DNA of 64,000 nucleotides, from the IMG/VR virus record IMGVR_UViG_3300042301_005010, positions 3,341 through 67,340 of that record. One strand, written 5' to 3'. Numbering within the stretch: the stretch's first letter is position 1; each line of letters begins with the position of its first letter. The translations under genes were made by a program, and so were the position numbers. The notes under the pieces were generated by a model. It saw nothing but the letters and a program-made list of their open reading frames with translations. It was not told the origin of the DNA and made no database searches. Positions 36,129 to 44,356 of this stretch are shown here, piece after piece. This stretch comes from a virus.

Positions 36129-37061
36129 ATGAGCCACCGCCTGGACAACTACAACGAGGGAGCGTTCCTCGCCGATCAGCTGCAGCACATCATCCCTGGT
36201 GTGCTGCGCAAGCCCTACGCCGAGATCGTCTACCCCAAAATCTGCCCCGTCAGCTTCGAGGTGAACCCCGGCGCCACGTCGATCAAGCGCACGATCTGGG
36301 ACCGCACCGGCAACTACGACCTGATCTCCGATGCTGCCGACGACCTGCCGGTGTCCGGCGTGAAGGTCGGGGAGATCGTCAACGAGACGAGAGAATTTGG
36401 TGGATCATTCGTCTACACCCAGTCCGAGCTGCTGTCGGCAAAAATGGCCGGCGTGGCCCTCACCAGCGAGCGCGCCGATGCGGTGCGCGACGCCTACGAG
36501 CGCCGCAACAACACCACCTGCCTGTTCGGTCGGGCAGGCACCGGCCTGCGCGGCATGCTCAACCACCCCGCCATCGACCGTGTGGTGGTGACCGGAAACT
36601 CCTCTGATGCCTGGTTCAACGACCCCAACACCACGCCCCAGCAGATGCTCGATCTGCTCAACTACGGGGTCACTCAGATGCGCGCCAACTCCAAGCAGGT
36701 GGAGCAGCCCGACTCCGTGCTGATGGGTGAGTCGGACCATCGGATCGTTAGCACCACCTGCCGCTCCTCCACCGACAACACCACGGTGCTGGAGCTGTTC
36801 CTGAAGATGAACCCCAGCATCAAGTCGGTGGAGCCGATCAACGAGCTCGACCCGGCCAACTCCGGCGGCAACCTCACCGCTCGCCGGATGCTCTTCTACC
36901 GGAAGGATCCAACCAAAGGGAAGTTTCACATCCCCCTGCCCCTCACCTTTCTCCCCCCCCAGCCGAAGAACCTCAAGTTCATCGTTCCCTCGATGAGCAA
37001 GCTCGGCGGATTCATCCCCGAATTCCCCCTCGCGTTCCTCTACATCGAGGACGGCGGCTGA
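36129..37061 (+). CDS. Major capsid protein (DUF2184, encapsulin-like HK97 fold)
   Basis: FL..QL..I, ADDLP, Y...EL..A, G..GL.GMLNHP, P.TFLPPQ, GG.....P.A. Confidence 0.9.
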   Translation: MSHRLDNYNEGAFLADQLQHIIPGVLRKPYAEIVYPKICPVSFEVNPGATSIKRTIWDRTGNYDLISDAADDLPVSGVKVGEIVNETREFGGSFVYTQSELLSAKMAGVALTSERADAVRDAYERRNNTTCLFGRAGTGLRGMLNHPAIDRVVVTGNSSDAWFNDPNTTPQQMLDLLNYGVTQMRANSKQVEQPDSVLMGESDHRIVSTTCRSSTDNTTVLELFLKMNPSIKSVEPINELDPANSGGNLTARRMLFYRKDPTKGKFHIPLPLTFLPPQPKNLKFIVPSMSKLGGFIPEFPLAFLYIEDGG

Positions 37062-37113
37062 ACACGGCTGATCGGCTTCATCCCCCTGCGCACCCTTCCT
37101 CCATCCGCTCCCT

Positions 37114-37665
37114 ATGACGACGACCCATCCCCCCAAGCCCGCCACCAAGACCGAGACCGAAGCCGCACCCACCAAACCCGCACCCCAGGAGGCCATCAGC
37201 GACTCCTTGGCAGTGCCCGAGACCGAATGCGCACCCCAGGAAGCCATAACCGGGTCCTTGGCGGTGGTCTTCACCCCCGAGCTGAATGAGGCCTGCCTGC
37301 AGTCCTGCCGTGGTGGGTCACTGTCCTGGGCGTTCGGCCCGCTGAGCAATCCCACCACGCTGCGCATCAACCCGGGCCTCAATGGCCCGATCGATCGCAG
37401 CCTGTGGGAGAAAGCCAAGGAACGGCCCGACACCCAGGTGCTGATGGGGCGCGGCCTGCTTCAGGAGATCGAGCTCACCGATGGCGCCACCAACGCCGAC
37501 GGTGAGCTGACCCTTGGCGCCGTTCCGGTGCCGGTGGCAATCCGCCTGGTTTACAAGTGCCGGAACACCGAGCAGCTGGAGCAGTGGCTGCGCAAGGAGG
37601 ACCGCCAGCAGCTGCGCCAGCGGCTGGCGGAGCGGATCAAAGAGATCAACGACGGCAAGCCCTGA
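37114..37665 (+). CDS. Hypothetical head-associated protein
   Basis: Follows the capsid gene; I.PGLN; short internal duplication APQEAI..SLAV. Confidence 0.6.
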   Translation: MTTTHPPKPATKTETEAAPTKPAPQEAISDSLAVPETECAPQEAITGSLAVVFTPELNEACLQSCRGGSLSWAFGPLSNPTTLRINPGLNGPIDRSLWEKAKERPDTQVLMGRGLLQEIELTDGATNADGELTLGAVPVPVAIRLVYKCRNTEQLEQWLRKEDRQQLRQRLAERIKEINDGKP

Positions 37666-37670
37666 GCACG

Positions 37671-37979
37671 ATGGCAGTCCCCACCCTGGCTGAGTTCCTC
37701 GATCGGTTCCCCGAACTGGCTGTGCACACCCATGCCCAGCTGGAGCAGGCGCTGGCCACCGCCGGCCGCCGCTGCGACGAAACCGTGTGGGACACCCTTC
37801 ACAGCGATGGTGTTGGCCTGTTCGCTGCCCACCTCATCGCCTGCCGGGTGCGTGAAGTGGGGGCCCAGGTGGGCCAGGCCGCTCCCTCCGCCGGCAGTGG
37901 CCTCGAGGCCACCTTCTATGGGCAGCAGTTCCTGGAGCTGCAGTCCTGCCTACCGCTCACTTGTGGCTTTGCCATCTGA
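37671..37979 (+). CDS. Head-tail adaptor (DUF4054-like)
   Basis: F...FPE, L.AAHL, T.YGQQF. Confidence 0.8.
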   Translation: MAVPTLAEFLDRFPELAVHTHAQLEQALATAGRRCDETVWDTLHSDGVGLFAAHLIACRVREVGAQVGQAAPSAGSGLEATFYGQQFLELQSCLPLTCGFAI

Positions 37980-38200
37980 TGAACACAATCGCCCCCATCT
38001 CTGCAGATCCCTGGGCCAACCGCTTCGAGGGAATGCGCTGCAAGACCTGCATGTGGTTCGCCCCGAAACGAACAGCTGAGCCCGGAGTGGCAATCGACAT
38101 CGGCCGCTGCCGGCGTCACGCCCCCACCATGACCGGCTACCCGGTGGTGTTCGTGAACGACTGGTGCGGCGACCACAAGCTCAACGAGAACGCCCTCTGA
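37979..38200 (+). CDS. Small Cys-rich protein
   Basis: CKTCMWF...GRCRRHAP...YPVV...DWCG.H. Confidence 0.7.
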   Translation: MNTIAPISADPWANRFEGMRCKTCMWFAPKRTAEPGVAIDIGRCRRHAPTMTGYPVVFVNDWCGDHKLNENAL

Positions 38201-38604
38201 TGACCACCACCCCCCAGCCAGCCTCTGCCTACGGCAACCTCGCCAACGCCACCCTGGCGTTTGAGGTGGCTGGGGCTGCACTGACGGTGGATGCCGACAC
38301 CGGCAACCAGGTGGCGGCCACGGAGGTGATTACCTACTTGGCGACCCTGCGGCTCAACCGCTCCCGCTGGGAGAAGCAGGTGGGTGTGGACGAATCCACC
38401 TTCCCCTGCACCGGCCGGCTGCTCTCCCCCGCCACCCTCGATCCCCGCATCGTGAGCGGCAGCAAGGCGGTGGCGGTGATCAACGGCCGCCGGGGCCGCT
38501 TCGAGCTGCAAGAAGACCTGGGGGCTCCCGTGGGTGCCATGCCGCTGCTGCGCCAGCAGATCAACGGCACATTCAGGGTCACCGGAGGCCGCGGCGATGA
38601 ATGA
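38200..38604 (+). CDS. Putative head-closure protein
   Basis: Synteny; beta-rich. Confidence 0.5.
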   Translation: MTTTPQPASAYGNLANATLAFEVAGAALTVDADTGNQVAATEVITYLATLRLNRSRWEKQVGVDESTFPCTGRLLSPATLDPRIVSGSKAVAVINGRRGRFELQEDLGAPVGAMPLLRQQINGTFRVTGGRGDE

Positions 38605-39052
38605 GCAGCTGCTGCGCGAGGTGGTGAGCGAGGCCTGGGGGCGCTTCAGCGCCCACGTGGACTCCGAGCTGACCCGGCACATCACTGAACCGAAGTGGAA
38701 CTGGCCACGTGGGGAAAGCCCCCGGGACATCGTCGACACCGGCGACCTGCGGGCTTCGCAAACGATGACGATCGATCCCCGCCCTGGCGTGATGGTCACC
38801 AAGTACCGCTGGTCGGCTCCCTATGCCCCGGCGGTGCATGACGGTGCGGTGTTCAAGGCCACCGATGCTGAGGGCAACCCCAAGACCATGACGGCCCGGC
38901 CCTGGACCCGTGAGGTGATCAAGGACCGGGTCAAGTTGCAGCGGGTCTTCAAGTTGCACTTCACCCTGTCGGCCAAACGGCGGGGCCTCGGCGGCAACAG
39001 CGGCGGCGGGGCCCCGGCCCCGGCCATGCCGCCGGCAGGAGGTGCATCGTGA
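38597..39052 (+). CDS. Neck/tail-completion protein (HK97 gp10-like)
   Basis: RDIVDTGDLRAS, YA..VH.G, ARPW. Confidence 0.7.
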   Translation: MNEQLLREVVSEAWGRFSAHVDSELTRHITEPKWNWPRGESPRDIVDTGDLRASQTMTIDPRPGVMVTKYRWSAPYAPAVHDGAVFKATDAEGNPKTMTARPWTREVIKDRVKLQRVFKLHFTLSAKRRGLGGNSGGGAPAPAMPPAGGAS

Positions 39053-39486
39053 CCCAGACACGTTGCCAGGTGGAGCTGGGCGCCACCGTCCGCCAGGTGG
39101 CCGACAACCTGCGCGCCATGTTCGGCCCGCTTCTTGGCCTCTACAAGCGACCCGAAGGCCCACCGATTCAGGCCTTCTGGACGGTGGGTAAAGGCCAGGT
39201 GCGGCCTAGCTACACGGCCACAGGCATCGAGGCGGTGCTCACCAACGCCCCGGAGCGCGAGCTCCTCGGCCGCCCCACCCCGGTGCTGGCAACCATGCGG
39301 ACCTGGACCCTCACCTTCACCCAGTTCGACAGCAACAGCGACCTGGAAGCTGTGCGGCTGCTGGCGTTTCGCGCCTGGCCGACGGCCCAGCAACGTCATC
39401 AGCCCCAGACTGATGACACCTACGAGCGGCTCATCATCGAGCTGCCCGATCCGGTCCTGATCGCCTCGCTGGCCGCTTCCGGTTGA
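39049..39486 (+). CDS. Putative tail terminator
   Basis: Synteny, just before the tail tube gene. Confidence 0.5.
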   Translation: MTQTRCQVELGATVRQVADNLRAMFGPLLGLYKRPEGPPIQAFWTVGKGQVRPSYTATGIEAVLTNAPERELLGRPTPVLATMRTWTLTFTQFDSNSDLEAVRLLAFRAWPTAQQRHQPQTDDTYERLIIELPDPVLIASLAASG

Positions 39487-39543
39487 TCCAGCAGCCGCCT
39501 CTGTTCATCCCCTCCTGACCCCCGACATTCCAAGGACATCGAC

Positions 39544-40554
39544 ATGGCTGATTTCGCGATTGGGCAAGGTTTTGTAAAGGCACATCGCAGCATCATGCTG
39601 ATGACGCCGCTTAAGGCCCCCTGCCGGTACTTCCCCACCCGGGATAGCTCCGGCTTCGTCACCCGCCCCACCCACGACCCTGGCGACTGGGCGCGGGAGA
39701 TGCAGACCGTGAAGCAGGTCAGCTTCTCGATCGACAACAACGATCGGGAGTTCAGGCTGATCGGCGACGACGGTTGGAGCGACAGCGTGACGACCGGCTC
39801 CAAGGTCAGCGCCAGCTTCGACACGTTCTTCTCGAAGAGCATCGTGCAGGCGGCCACCGGCGTTTGCCCAGAGTTCCGCGGGGACTATGCCGAGGAGTTC
39901 GCCATCGTCGAAAAGTCTCGCTACGACACCGACTACGAAGTTTTTGTTGAGCTGTTCAAGGAGCTGGGCCGTGCAAACAACACCAGTGGCAACTTCATCT
40001 ACGACTACGCCGGGTTCAACGCCTGCTTGCGCGGCTACAAGGAAACGACAGCGGCGGAAGACCTGATCAACGTGACGTTCAACGGCATGAGCCGCGGCCG
40101 GGCCATCTTCGGGCGCTTTGATGCCGGCGCGGCACCTCTGACCACTGGTGCCGTCCAATCGGTGATCCTCGCCACGGCCCCCACCTCCGGCACCCGTCGG
40201 TATGCGGTGGTGCCCGTGGACAACGGCCAGGCGATCGTGGTCAGCGCGAACCAGACCGTCACCTACACCTCCGACGGCACGGTTGCCCTCACCCAGCTGG
40301 CCCTCGGTGCTGCCGATGGCTCCGGCTTCCGCCTCGAGCTGGCCTCCAGTGGCGTCCGCGTCCCGGCGGTGGTCACCCTGGCCGCCAACGTGGTCACGAT
40401 CAACCCGGTGGCCGACCTGGCCGCGGCGACCATTTACCGGCTGGTGGTGCGCGATGGGGCGATCACCCAGGCAGTCGACGCCAACCTGGTGGCCAGCGCC
40501 ACCGGCATCCGCCGGCCGCTGGCGGGCTTCTCCACCACCTTCCGCACCGCCTGA
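39544..40554 (+). CDS. Major tail protein with C-terminal Ig-like (Big_5) domain
   Basis: Position, terminator after it, and VTINP.ADL.....Y.L.V...I...F.T motif. Confidence 0.75.
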   Translation: MADFAIGQGFVKAHRSIMLMTPLKAPCRYFPTRDSSGFVTRPTHDPGDWAREMQTVKQVSFSIDNNDREFRLIGDDGWSDSVTTGSKVSASFDTFFSKSIVQAATGVCPEFRGDYAEEFAIVEKSRYDTDYEVFVELFKELGRANNTSGNFIYDYAGFNACLRGYKETTAAEDLINVTFNGMSRGRAIFGRFDAGAAPLTTGAVQSVILATAPTSGTRRYAVVPVDNGQAIVVSANQTVTYTSDGTVALTQLALGAADGSGFRLELASSGVRVPAVVTLAANVVTINPVADLAAATIYRLVVRDGAITQAVDANLVASATGIRRPLAGFSTTFRTA

Positions 40555-40580
40555 TCCTGATCAGGGCAGAAAGAGCACCG

Positions 40581-40601
40581 GGGGCCTGCGGGCCCCTTTT
40601 T
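40581..40601 (+). terminator. Intrinsic terminator
   Basis: GGGGCC-TGCG-GGCCCC-TTTTT. Confidence 0.85.
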
Positions 40602-40627
40602 CGTGGCGTCACGAAAATGATCTGACT

Positions 40628-41080
40628 TCATGCACCGCCACAGCCGTTCCGGCCGAGCTGGCCAAAGGCGGTCGCGCTGTTTCTATAGTTAGAAAGAAAG
40701 TAGATTTCCCCTCTACGGTCACCAAGTCGCTTGCGGGCTTCGCAGTTTTCAGGGATGTATTCCATACAGACCTTCACCTTGTCATTTGCTCGATACAGGC
40801 CTTCCGCTTCGGATCGTGAGATGGGGCTGCTCTCCGGTGAAAGCCCCCACCCTGGAGTGTTTGACATTTGCAGCTTGCGATAAAGATAGACCCCTAGCCC
40901 GTTTGTGAACTCAACAGTTGATTCATCTGCTCCGAACTCTCCATCTCTGGCTCCGAATCTAGAACTCACCTCCTTAACAAACGTGTTAGAGCACTGGCCG
41001 ACCCTGATGGGCGGTGGAGCGGCGAAGGCGGCTTGAGTGAAAATGCAGACTGCGCCGAGCAGAAGATGCGATGGCTTCAT
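40628..41080 (-). CDS. Secreted Cys-containing protein (moron)
   Basis: Signal peptide MKPSHLLLGAVCIFTQAAFA; lower GC; inverted. Confidence 0.7.
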   Translation of the reverse strand: MKPSHLLLGAVCIFTQAAFAAPPPIRVGQCSNTFVKEVSSRFGARDGEFGADESTVEFTNGLGVYLYRKLQMSNTPGWGLSPESSPISRSEAEGLYRANDKVKVCMEYIPENCEARKRLGDRRGEIYFLSNYRNSATAFGQLGRNGCGGA

Positions 41081-41113
41081 CGGAAACTGGGCAAAAGGTG
41101 TCTGGTTTGGAGA

Positions 41114-41410
41114 TCAGTAGAGGCATTTGGTCGGCACCCTGTCCCACCCTGAGCGATCTCCCCTCGCGGCGGCTTTGCGGGCCATGTCAATCCATGCAAT
41201 ACATATATCACGGTTTATGTTTATATATAGCTGGTTGGACTCTGCAGCTATCCCGTTGGACTCCATGCAACTTCCAAACGCTTCCATGCTTACTCTATAA
41301 ATCGAGCAATCTTGAATGCTCATTTGCGATTGAGCACTGAGCGGGAACCCGCTTTGGGCCAGTAGCAAGGTGGCGGTGAAGAGAGTTGGCAGGCAGCAGG
41401 GACGTTGCAT
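41114..41410 (-). CDS. Secreted Cys-containing protein (moron)
   Basis: Signal-like N-terminus ending LSAQS; low GC. Confidence 0.55.
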   Translation of the reverse strand: MQRPCCLPTLFTATLLLAQSGFPLSAQSQMSIQDCSIYRVSMEAFGSCMESNGIAAESNQLYININRDICIAWIDMARKAAARGDRSGWDRVPTKCLY

Positions 41411-41476
41411 TTGACTGGCTAAGGGGCTGGAGGGCAGGGTGTGGCCGGGATGCCCTGTGACTCCCGTAACGTGCGT

Positions 41477-41558
41477 GTGGGGTCGGCCCTACCCGCAAGG
41501 CTGGGCGCCGAGGGTGGTGCCGTAGGTCGCCACCTGGGCTCGGTATCGGAGGCCCCAC
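41477..41558 (+). ncRNA. Candidate structured RNA (three-way junction, C4-antisense-like)
   Basis: GTGGGGTC/GGCCCCAC closing stem, GCAA-loop stem, and GCCGAG-GGTGGTG/CGCCACC-CTCGGT stem. Confidence 0.5.
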
Positions 41559-41646
41559 CCATTGACAATGCCGAACAGGTGTACCCTATCAAGGCCTGGC
41601 GGCGACGTTGGGTCACCTACATGCCCGCTTCGAGCGGGAGTCTCTG

Positions 41647-42636
41647 ATGGATAGCAGCCTCACCCCCAAGGGGATGGAGTCCCGCACCTGGAATGGTGTG
41701 CAGATTCAGCGTCGGCCCTCCGACGGCTATGTGAACGCTACGGCCATGTGCAAGGCCTACGGCAAACGCTGGGAGAACTACCACCGCAACGAGCGCACCC
41801 AGCACTACATCGCCGCACTGGATCGATCCATGGCTGAGACCGGCTGCGATGCAGCCGTTACGCGAAATCGCGTAACGGGAAAACCGGATCTGATCCAGAC
41901 CATTCAGGGCGGCCTCCCTCACCTTCAAGGCACCTGGGTCCACCCCCGCATCGCGGTGGACCTGGCCCGCTGGCTCCACCCTGAGTTCGCCGTGATGATG
42001 GACGGCTGGTTTCTGGAGAGCTTTACCCCCAAGCTCGCCGCCGATCCCAACCCGGCCACGGCGGCCCTGCCACCGCAGCAGCGAAAGCTGCTGGAGTACC
42101 AGGTCGGCGGCCCTGGCATCAACGTCCTCGGCGCCACCGCCTTCTCTGAGCCGCTGACCCAGATCCTCGACGCCTACACCACCCAGACAGAAGCCGAGCA
42201 GGAGGCACTGCCCCAACCTGAGCGCTGCCGTTCCCTGCGCTTCCCCCGCTTTGCCGCCAAGCACTTCCTTGAATGGTTCGTCGCTCAGCACGGCCAGCTG
42301 GTGATCTCCCCCGCCCCTATCGGCATCCCCGTTGGTGCGGTGGCCTGCCCTCCCCGGCCACCGGCCCCGCCGGCACCCGCGCCGCAGCCCCCACGCAACG
42401 ATCAGGCCTGGGCCATACCCCATCAGCGCTTCAATCCCGGCGACCTGATCACCGGCCCTGAGCTGGCCCACCTGCTGGGCATTGATTCGCACTCCCTCAA
42501 CAAGTGGGCTGGTGCCAAGCCGATCGGAGCAGAACGCGACGGCTGGCGCCTCATCGGCCGCGGCAAGCTCTCCGCCGGAAAGCTGTGCAGCACCTATCCC
42601 CCGGGCTGTGCCAGCTGGCTGTTCATGAAGCTCTGA
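41647..42636 (+). CDS. KilA-N domain protein (antirepressor-like)
   Basis: IQRR.SDGYVNATAMCKA.GK, QGTWVHPRIAVDLARWL.PEFAV. Confidence 0.92.
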   Translation: MDSSLTPKGMESRTWNGVQIQRRPSDGYVNATAMCKAYGKRWENYHRNERTQHYIAALDRSMAETGCDAAVTRNRVTGKPDLIQTIQGGLPHLQGTWVHPRIAVDLARWLHPEFAVMMDGWFLESFTPKLAADPNPATAALPPQQRKLLEYQVGGPGINVLGATAFSEPLTQILDAYTTQTEAEQEALPQPERCRSLRFPRFAAKHFLEWFVAQHGQLVISPAPIGIPVGAVACPPRPPAPPAPAPQPPRNDQAWAIPHQRFNPGDLITGPELAHLLGIDSHSLNKWAGAKPIGAERDGWRLIGRGKLSAGKLCSTYPPGCASWLFMKL

Positions 42637-42699
42637 GCCGCACCCTCACCACGGCCCGGGCCCTGCGCCTGGGCCACCCCATCCCCTTGTACGCTCCCC

Positions 42700-43020
42700 A
42701 TGCCCGTTCTTCCCCTCTGGTCTTCCCCTCCCCCTGACAAGTGGGAGGCCACCATGCGCGCCGAGCTGAAGGTGCTCTGCTCCACCATCCTGCGGGTGGG
42801 CCTGCTGGCCTCCGGCATGGCCTGCTCCCCTGAAGAGCGGTTTCGGCTCCAGCTGCTGGCCCACCAGGATCCCCAGGGCATCACAACGGCCAACATGATG
42901 GAGCTCGACATCCAGCTGCTGCAGCTCACCCGAGACGTGGCTGTCTACGCCCAGGCGGCTGTGAGCAAGGCCGCGGCGGCTCCAGATGATCCACGCCGGC
43001 AGGAGGGAGCACAGACTTGA
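42700..43020 (+). CDS. Hypothetical protein
   Basis: Preceded by the repeated leader element. Confidence 0.55.
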   Translation: MPVLPLWSSPPPDKWEATMRAELKVLCSTILRVGLLASGMACSPEERFRLQLLAHQDPQGITTANMMELDIQLLQLTRDVAVYAQAAVSKAAAAPDDPRRQEGAQT

Positions 43021-43040
43021 GACACCACTGATCGCTAGCT

Positions 43041-43286
43041 GTGCATCACCGCCTGCTGCTTACCCCGATGCAAAACGTGGTGGCGATCGACTGCCGCGCC
43101 CCTGACGGCGGCGACGTGTCGGTGGGCATGCTGGTGATCGAAGCCGGCACCATTGATACAGAGGTACTGGTGACCCCACCAACAGGCGGTAGTGAGTTCT
43201 GGATGACCCTGCCTGAGGCTGTCCTGAATCAGGGCCAGCGCTACGTTGGGTTCAAGATCCGTGCAGCCCTTCGGCCTGTTTCATGA
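43041..43286 (+). CDS. Hypothetical tail-region protein
   Basis: ATGA overlap with the chaperone gene. Confidence 0.55.
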   Translation: MHHRLLLTPMQNVVAIDCRAPDGGDVSVGMLVIEAGTIDTEVLVTPPTGGSEFWMTLPEAVLNQGQRYVGFKIRAALRPVS

Positions 43287-43900
43287 CCTTCAGCAGCCGC
43301 CTTTTGGCGTCGTTCCGCACCGGTCACAAAATCATCGGCGGCAAGTTCCGCCTCGCGGTCTACGGCAAGGTGCTCCAGGGGGAAGCGGAGCTCCTCGAGC
43401 AGCACGATCGGGAGCGCTGCGTCAGCGTTGGCGCCTTCTATCAGCTGGCCGATGGCATCGCCAAGGACACGGGGATGCCCCTGGAGGAGGTGGACAAGCT
43501 GATCCAGAACATGACCGCAGCGGTGGACCCAGGCAACCCTGATTCCGTCAAAGGCGCGCTGCAGTCGTTTGGGCTGCTCTCCAGCGATCAGAGGCGGCTT
43601 CACAACTTCCTCGCCAGCCAGACCCTGCTGGGTGATCAGAAGAAGGCCCAGGTCCATAGGGTGCTGGTCGGCCGCGGCGAGGGGATGGACCCCGAAAGCC
43701 TGGAGTGGGTGAAGCTGGGGCCAGATCTCTGGGGTGAAGAGGACACCGCTCAGCTGCCGACCGATCTGATCAACGAGATCCAGCAGTTCCTCCTCGATGA
43801 GAAAGCGGCGATGCTGGCCGCGGGAAAGCCTCCGGCACCGGCGAAGACGCCCCGTCGAGCGCCGAAGAACTCACCCGCAGCGAGCACCGCGACCGAATAG
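43283..43900 (+). CDS. Tail assembly chaperone (gpG-like)
   Basis: Precedes the tape measure; in-frame G GGA AAG slippery site at 43822-43828. Confidence 0.8.
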   Translation: MTFSSRLLASFRTGHKIIGGKFRLAVYGKVLQGEAELLEQHDRERCVSVGAFYQLADGIAKDTGMPLEEVDKLIQNMTAAVDPGNPDSVKGALQSFGLLSSDQRRLHNFLASQTLLGDQKKAQVHRVLVGRGEGMDPESLEWVKLGPDLWGEEDTAQLPTDLINEIQQFLLDEKAAMLAAGKPPAPAKTPRRAPKNSPAASTATE

Positions 43901-44313
43901 AGGCCTACCTCAAGACACCACCAACCGACTGGGATGAGATCCAGCTGGTGCTCACCAGCGGCCTGACACTGGATCCCCGCTGGCATGCCGAGCGGCTGCC
44001 GTTTCAACCGGTGGATGCCGTGCTGAAGGCCTACCACTGGGCCCTGAAGGAGAAGGCAAAGCGCACCAACGAGATGAGCACCACCATGGCCCGGCTGGCG
44101 GAGATGGTGGAGATCGCAGCCTTCCCAGGGCTTGGAAACAAGGCCCGGGGCCAGGACGCCTTCCTGCCGTTCAAGATCATCGACGCCCCTGGCAAGAACG
44201 CCCGGATCACTGAGGAGACGGCCAAGGTGATCCGCTGGCTGATCAGCAACGGGCAGATGCCCCAGCGGGTGTTGGTGCTGGCCCTGGCGGAGCTGGATCG
44301 CAGCGGGTTCTGA
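43822..44313 (+). CDS. gpT-like extension reached by -1 frameshift (G-T fusion 43283-44313)
   Basis: The -1 frame from the slippery site is open to 44313. Confidence 0.8.
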   Translation, partial: GKASGTGEDAPSSAEELTRSEHRDRIEAYLKTPPTDWDEIQLVLTSGLTLDPRWHAERLPFQPVDAVLKAYHWALKEKAKRTNEMSTTMARLAEMVEIAAFPGLGNKARGQDAFLPFKIIDAPGKNARITEETAKVIRWLISNGQMPQRVLVLALAELDRSGF

Positions 44314-44356
44314 AGATCACGGGCCCAGACTGACCTCAAGCAGTAATGAACAGGGT

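Noticed and set aside
36129-37061. Bacterial encapsulin nanocompartment
   Set aside because: Its context among portal, protease, neck and tail genes shows it is the phage capsid.
41562-41590. Canonical sigma-70 promoter from TTGACA
   Set aside because: No good -10 hexamer at 16-18 bp spacing.
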